DNA of 64,000 nt from an uncultured bacterium (lineage in GTDB: Bacteria; Zixibacteria; MSB-5A5; GN15; FEB-12). The notes under the pieces are model-generated. The model ran no database searches, was not told the DNA's origin, and was given only the letters and a program-made list of their open reading frames with translations. Both the position numbers and the translations under genes were made by a program. This document shows, piece by piece, positions 58,900-64,000 of this stretch. The stretch's first letter is position 1. Every line of letters starts with the position of its first letter. The stretch is from NCBI GenBank assembly GCA_965372795.1, contig CBDVDR010000017.1, forward strand, positions 14,796-78,795, given 5' to 3'.

Positions 58900-60708
58900 A
58901 TGGCTCGTTACACCGTGCAACTTTTTGGTATAACCGTCTTTGCAATAGCGTTAATCTGGTTTGTAGGTTCTGGTGAAGCAGTTCAGAATACACAACTGGA
59001 AGAACCGGTACTGTGGGCAGATACGGTTCATTTTAATCTGGAGCAGAGTCCTGATAAAGAAAAATCACCAATGCTGAAGCGTGATTCATTCTTAAAAGAT
59101 GTCAAAAAGCTTACTCAAACAGCTTTTAATGTCAGAAACCACTACATGGAAGAAGTCGATACCCGTGAGATAATTAAAGCCGGTATTCGGGGAATGCTTT
59201 CAGACTTAGACCGTTTCTCAGTTCTTATGGAAAAAACATCCTACGACGCCTTAATGGAATCGACCCATGGTAAATATGAAGGTCTTGGGATGCAAATCGA
59301 TTCCAGAGACAATTTCATTGTAATTATTGCTCCTATTGAAGGTACTCCTGCCCAGCGAAAAGGTCTTCATGCCGGTGATATCATCACTACTATTAACGGA
59401 GAATCAACTGAAGGTATGACTTCATCCGATGCTTCCAAATTGATGCGTGGTAAAGCCGGAACTTCAATCGATCTTGGAATCAAAAGAACCGGAATCAAGG
59501 ACCCGCTGGAATTCAGTATTGAACGCGCTATTATTGAACTGAAATCTGTTAATTATTCCGGTGTTGTTCCCGGAACTGATATTGGATATGTTCGCCTCTC
59601 CCGTTTTGCCGAAGAAACCAGCCACGAACTCCGACAGGCAATCAATAAACTTAACGAAAAAAATATCAAAGCCCTTATTTTTGACCTTCGCAGCAATGGC
59701 GGCGGATTATTGGATCAAGCTACAGAGACAGCTGAATTGTTTTTGGGTCAGGATAAAGAAATTGTTTATACCAAAGGCAAATTCGAAGATAGTGAACGTC
59801 ACTACAAAACTTCCCGTCCCCCAATTTTCACTGACAAACCTTTGGTAATTCTGGTTGACGGCGGCACCGCCTCTGCCTCTGAAATTGTTTCAGGTGCAAT
59901 TCAGGATTGGGACCGGGGCTTGATCGTAGGATCAACGACATACGGCAAAGGCTTAGTCCAACAGATCTTCCCTATATCATCCGATGGGGCGATGGCACTT
60001 AAACTAACGACAGCTAAGTATTATGTCCCTTCCGGACGCTGTATCCAGAAACCTGAGAAACAGCAAAAGAAATCTGCGAATCATTCAACCGTTGCAAAAG
60101 ATGAAAAAGATGCACCTGCAGACTCAATGGAAGTCAGCGAAGAAGAAATATTTTATACTAACGGCGGCAGAATCGTTTATGGCGGCGGTGGTATTATTCC
60201 TGATATCGAACTTGAAGCCGACCTCTGGCAGCCGATAGAAATCAATCTTGTAAGAAAATCAATGTTTTTTGATTTTGCCATCAAGTATGTTTCAGAGAAT
60301 CCTGATGTTAAACCGAATCTTGAGATTTCTGATGCGTTAATAGAAAATTTCAGAGGGTTCATTAAAGAAAAAGAATTCGATTACAAAACCTCACTTCAGT
60401 TTGCTCATGAAAAACTTGAGGAAACTATTAAAGATGAAAACAAAGAAGATTTATTTAAAAAAGATCTCGAAGACATGAAGCTGTTGATTGAACAGGAAAA
60501 ACAAAAAGATTTCGACCGCTCAATCGCATACATCCGCCGCTCTATTAAGCGTGAAATAGTTTCTGCTATTGCCGGTGAACGCGGTGTCTATGAAGAGATT
60601 ACTCTTAAAACTGACAAGTCAGTGCTGAAAGCAGTTGAAATTCTTACAACTCCGGCAGAATACGGGAAACTTCTCAATAACGGTTCCGGAAACACAAGTA
60701 TAAATTAA
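58900..60708 (+). CDS. ctpA: S41 carboxyl-terminal processing protease (PDZ)
   Basis: GLGM PDZ, DLRSNGGG, TASASEIV, TYGKGLVQ and GRCIQ. Confidence 0.93.
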   Translation: MARYTVQLFGITVFAIALIWFVGSGEAVQNTQLEEPVLWADTVHFNLEQSPDKEKSPMLKRDSFLKDVKKLTQTAFNVRNHYMEEVDTREIIKAGIRGMLSDLDRFSVLMEKTSYDALMESTHGKYEGLGMQIDSRDNFIVIIAPIEGTPAQRKGLHAGDIITTINGESTEGMTSSDASKLMRGKAGTSIDLGIKRTGIKDPLEFSIERAIIELKSVNYSGVVPGTDIGYVRLSRFAEETSHELRQAINKLNEKNIKALIFDLRSNGGGLLDQATETAELFLGQDKEIVYTKGKFEDSERHYKTSRPPIFTDKPLVILVDGGTASASEIVSGAIQDWDRGLIVGSTTYGKGLVQQIFPISSDGAMALKLTTAKYYVPSGRCIQKPEKQQKKSANHSTVAKDEKDAPADSMEVSEEEIFYTNGGRIVYGGGGIIPDIELEADLWQPIEINLVRKSMFFDFAIKYVSENPDVKPNLEISDALIENFRGFIKEKEFDYKTSLQFAHEKLEETIKDENKEDLFKKDLEDMKLLIEQEKQKDFDRSIAYIRRSIKREIVSAIAGERGVYEEITLKTDKSVLKAVEILTTPAEYGKLLNNGSGNTSIN

Positions 60709-60725
60709 AGTAATTTTATTATTAC

Positions 60726-60758
60726 AAAAAAGGCGCTGATGATCAGCGCCTTTTTTTT
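60726..60758. terminator. Bidirectional intrinsic terminator
   Basis: AAAAAAGGCGCTGAT-G-ATCAGCGCCTTTTTTTT between convergent genes. Confidence 0.85.
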
Positions 60759-61209
60759 ATGGAGTAATTTCTAACGTATCAGTATCATCTTTGATCTCTC
60801 CGATCTCATACCGCTTTAACAGCCAGTCATTGTCATTGAGAATAAAAGTAAATATTACAGGACGAGTTTGAGTCTGAGTTGAATCCATGACATAACAATC
60901 AACCCGGGCTTTATCTTTTGAATAAAATATTTCACAATTACCAAACTGCGTGAATTCGAAAGCTTCTAAACTATCACCGCCAAAATATACAAATTGGAGA
61001 AGAGAATCGGAGTTTTGGTTTAACTTAAGCATCTGAATCGAAAGTAAGGAATCAATCGAAGCCCGATTTTTTAGTTTAACAGCTTCCTGCAATTGAAATA
61101 TTTTGTCTTTAATAAGCGGGATATGATCTCGTGATGGAAGTTTTTCTTCACATCCCAAAACAATGATCGAACTAATTATAACAGCAAAAAGAATTCTAAG
61201 TGTTTTCAT
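60757..61209 (-). CDS. Hypothetical lipoprotein
   Basis: Lipobox VLGC; possible NTF2-like fold. Confidence 0.7.
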   Translation of the reverse strand: MKTLRILFAVIISSIIVLGCEEKLPSRDHIPLIKDKIFQLQEAVKLKNRASIDSLLSIQMLKLNQNSDSLLQFVYFGGDSLEAFEFTQFGNCEIFYSKDKARVDCYVMDSTQTQTRPVIFTFILNDNDWLLKRYEIGEIKDDTDTLEITP

Positions 61210-61224
61210 AATCCACCTATTTAT

Positions 61225-62625
61225 TTATTTCTTTCCATCAAATCTGAATTGACCGGTACCGCTTGGACTGATAACTGCTTTGGCCGTCAGTTTTTTCATA
61301 GTCTGGGTCGACACCAGATTCCAGAACCAATAACGGTGACCGAATAATAATTTGCGATGATTATATTTATCTGCGATTTTGAATAAATCGTCATAAACTC
61401 CTCTAAGCATCTGATCCATGCCGCCATCTAAGGCATACACCACTGGCATAACCACAATCGTATCTAAAACGAAAATTTCAGGATTTGATTCTGTTTTAAA
61501 TGTTTCCCCGGTTGCCCAGTTAATTTGACGACGATCGTAATGATAGAACTCACAATTTATCTCGGGGATGTTATCTCCATAAAGGATTTGGTAATTACCC
61601 TGAAAAGTATTGTATGAGTAAAACTGAGTGCCGTTAAAAACATCGCCGCCCTGAACAGCATACATATAATAAGGAATGCGGGCTTTACAGAAATCAGTAT
61701 TATTAAAAATTTTCAATGGTGCCGAACGGGTGATGAATTTTCTCCCCAGATCATGCCAGAGCAGCAGCCCGCCGATAACCGGATAAGGATTATATAAAAT
61801 CGTTCCCCCGTCAATAAACAGATTTTTATCAGCAGAAATTTTTCCGGCTTGAACCATTTTATCAAGTTCCGCCCAGTAGAGCGGCATATTCTTCTCGATC
61901 ATATTTGCCAGCGAATCAGAAATTTTCTCAGAATATATTTTGGTCTCTTCTGCTTCGGCAGGAGTTATAGCCGGGAATTTCAGCGAATAAACACCGTCGA
62001 TCTGACTGGCATAACCTTTGGCTACCATCGGCTTGAGAAGATTTAAAATAACTTCAGTGTCAACCTCTGCAATTTCAGAAATTTCTGCGATTGTTTTACC
62101 TTCACTGATCATAAAAATTAATATCCGTGAAAACTCCGAATCAAAATCAGGGCTGGTATTAACCATCGGAGGCATCGTTATTTTTTCTGAAAGATATGGA
62201 AAAATTCCTTCGGGGGTTTTAGGTTTCAGAATAAACGGTTGTTCCATAAATTTTTGATTGTCTAATAAAACATCGAGTGTATCGACAACATCATAAAGAC
62301 TAAATTTTAATTCAGATCTTCCAAAATTTGGCGGAACTGAAAACGTAGGCGTAACCTTTTTCGAATCCATTGGATAAACAATAACATTGATTTCAAATAA
62401 ACGGGTTGGATTTAAATATTCACCCTGATATTTAATATCAATCATGACTTTAATAAATTTTAGATACTCAGAATTATTAGTAAGTTCAAATGAGGCTTGC
62501 ATGGTTCCCCATTTAGTTTTTGGCAGAGTAATATCACCAACAATTATATCCTGAGCAAACATTTGCGGGGTTATAAAGAGAATTAATAAGACGATTAAAA
62601 TAATTTTCATTTTTTTCTCGAACAT
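61225..62625 (-). CDS. Hypothetical secreted protein
   Basis: 466-aa ORF with a signal peptide (QMFA|Q); co-oriented with rlmN. Confidence 0.75.
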   Translation of the reverse strand: MFEKKMKIILIVLLILFITPQMFAQDIIVGDITLPKTKWGTMQASFELTNNSEYLKFIKVMIDIKYQGEYLNPTRLFEINVIVYPMDSKKVTPTFSVPPNFGRSELKFSLYDVVDTLDVLLDNQKFMEQPFILKPKTPEGIFPYLSEKITMPPMVNTSPDFDSEFSRILIFMISEGKTIAEISEIAEVDTEVILNLLKPMVAKGYASQIDGVYSLKFPAITPAEAEETKIYSEKISDSLANMIEKNMPLYWAELDKMVQAGKISADKNLFIDGGTILYNPYPVIGGLLLWHDLGRKFITRSAPLKIFNNTDFCKARIPYYMYAVQGGDVFNGTQFYSYNTFQGNYQILYGDNIPEINCEFYHYDRRQINWATGETFKTESNPEIFVLDTIVVMPVVYALDGGMDQMLRGVYDDLFKIADKYNHRKLLFGHRYWFWNLVSTQTMKKLTAKAVISPSGTGQFRFDGKK

Positions 62626-62637
62626 GTTTTTCTCCCG

Positions 62638-63669
62638 TTATATATTTTTTACCGCAAGTTGCCCGCAGGCTGCATCAATATCTCTTCCCCGGCTTTTCCG
62701 AACAGTTACCGCCGGCAGTCGTTTGCTGAGTTCTTTGCCGAACCAGTTAACCTTTTCATCGGATGGTCTTTTAAAATCAAACCCTTTGACCGGATTATAA
62801 GCCAGGACATTTATCTTACACTTCAATCCATGAACAAGCCGACAAAGAGCATAAATATCTTCCATTTCATCATTAAAACCGTCAAACAGGATATATTCGA
62901 AAGTTACCACAGTTCTATTCTGATCAGAAAAATATCGTATTGATTCCATCAGTTTGTCGAGTTTAAATGTCTGGGCAATCGGCATTATTTTTATTCTTTT
63001 TTCCTGAGTGGCAGCATGAAGTGATATCGCTAAGCCGACTTTTAAGTTAGCATTAGCTAATTTTATAATTTTAGGCGTGATTCCCGAGGTTGAGACAGTA
63101 ATTCGTTTTGGTGAAATTTCTAAACCATCAATATGAGTTATAATTTTGATAGCTTCGGTTAAGTTTTCGAAGTTATTTAACGGCTCACCCATCCCCATAA
63201 AGACGATATTATTAAAAATATCATTCCCGAGTTCATCGCGTAAATACAGCAATTGTCCAACAATTTCTCCGGCGGTTAAATCCCGGAGTAATCCCATAGT
63301 CCCGGTAGCGCAGAATTTACAGGTTAGCGCACAGCCAACCTGAGAGGATACACAAACCGTATTTTTTCTCTTTTCATCAGGTATAAGGACCGTTTCCACC
63401 GGTTTACCATCATCTAAGCGGAAAAGATACTTTCTGGTCCCGTCTTTTGATTGTTGTTTATCTTCAACTTTCAAACCGTCTATAAATGTCTTTTTCACCA
63501 AACTTTCCCTGAATCTCAGCGAAAGGTCGGTCATCTGATCGTATTGATAGATTCGCTTGTTATAAATCCATTTAAAAAGCTGTCTGCCATTAAAGGCTTT
63601 TCCGCCCAGAGAGACCATAAGTTCTTCCATCTGCTGGCAGGAATATCCGAATAAGTTTTTCTTTTTCAT
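62638..63669 (-). CDS. rlmN: 23S rRNA (adenine(2503)-C2)-methyltransferase
   Basis: CVSSQVGCALTCKFCATG radical-SAM motif, FMGMGEP, ISLHA and IDAACGQL. Confidence 0.97.
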   Translation of the reverse strand: MKKKNLFGYSCQQMEELMVSLGGKAFNGRQLFKWIYNKRIYQYDQMTDLSLRFRESLVKKTFIDGLKVEDKQQSKDGTRKYLFRLDDGKPVETVLIPDEKRKNTVCVSSQVGCALTCKFCATGTMGLLRDLTAGEIVGQLLYLRDELGNDIFNNIVFMGMGEPLNNFENLTEAIKIITHIDGLEISPKRITVSTSGITPKIIKLANANLKVGLAISLHAATQEKRIKIMPIAQTFKLDKLMESIRYFSDQNRTVVTFEYILFDGFNDEMEDIYALCRLVHGLKCKINVLAYNPVKGFDFKRPSDEKVNWFGKELSKRLPAVTVRKSRGRDIDAACGQLAVKNI

Positions 63670-63801
63670 ATTTTAGGAATCTACAAAATAAATAAATTTA
63701 TGCAAGTAATTGGTTAGGGGTTGCATTTATTGAAAATAAAGTCGAAATCTGAATTATTCGGCTTGACTAAATCTAATTTGAAGATTATACTTCTGCCCGT
63801 T

Positions 63802-63875
63802 CGGGGTGTGGCGCAGTCCGGTAGCGCGCTTGCTTTGGGAGCAAGATGCCGGAGGTTCGAATCCTCTCACCCCGA
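63802..63875 (+). tRNA. tRNA-Pro (anticodon TGG), CCA not encoded
   Basis: Acceptor CGGGGTG/CACCCCG, D-arm GCGC..GCGC, anticodon arm CTTGC-TTTGGGA-GCAAG, T-loop TTCGAAT. Confidence 0.96.
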
Positions 63876-64000
63876 TAATATTATCAGTACAAGATGTCGT
63901 CGGTTCCCCCCTAAAGGGGATACAAGAATCCTCTCACCCCGATTTTATTATCAGTACAAGATGTCGTCGGTTCCCCCCTAAAGGGGATACAAGAATCCTC
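63859..64000 (+). repeat. 67-bp tandem repeat derived from the tRNA-Pro 3' half (runs off the window end)
   Basis: GAATCCTC starts at 63859, 63926 and 63993 (period 67); the two complete units differ at 2 positions. Confidence 0.92.

Noticed and set aside
63721..63981. 86-aa ORF at the window end
   Set aside because: Overlaps the tRNA-Pro gene and its repeats
63859..64000. 67-bp periodic array as CRISPR or as extra tRNA genes
   Set aside because: Units are nearly identical throughout (no unique spacers) and tRNA-derived; the copies lack the 5' half and have a broken T-stem

Overview
Bacterial chromosomal window of low to moderate GC. A C-terminal dockerin on a secreted S8 protease and the overall gene style suggest an FCB-group organism such as candidate Zixibacteria (inference). 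The core backbone contains, in order: a leucine/acyclic-terpene carboxylase cluster (atuA-like, MCC beta, hydratase, biotin carboxylase); cysK and mscS; an archaeal-type HMG-CoA synthase/thiolase/DUF35 operon; uvrC-NlpC-UbiA-cdsA-uppS; rplM-rpsI-rpsB-tsf-pyrH-frr; ahpC and mtnA; a type IVa pilus cluster (pilMNO, an AMIN-PilP fusion, pilQ, an Ig-like lipoprotein, minor pilins); several peptidases; rlmN; and tRNA-Pro(TGG). Accessory islets interrupt this backbone: a UDG-like gene inside the liu operon, a 12-16 kb islet with a KAP NTPase carrying a TIR-like C-terminus, a 20.8-22.2 kb islet, and a Gabija (gajAB) system between frr and uppS. The most unusual signal is non-coding. Most islets are bordered or partitioned by shared families of GTAG/GTGG REP-like palindromes, some carrying nested mini-hairpin inserts with covarying stems. 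A roughly 150-nt structured element with GNRA-tetraloop covariation sits at the edge of two islets. One orphan gene is bracketed by a 44-bp direct repeat. The tRNA-Pro 3' half is reiterated as a 67-bp tandem repeat with a hairpin inserted in the T-loop. No integrase, transposase, cas gene or CRISPR array is visible.
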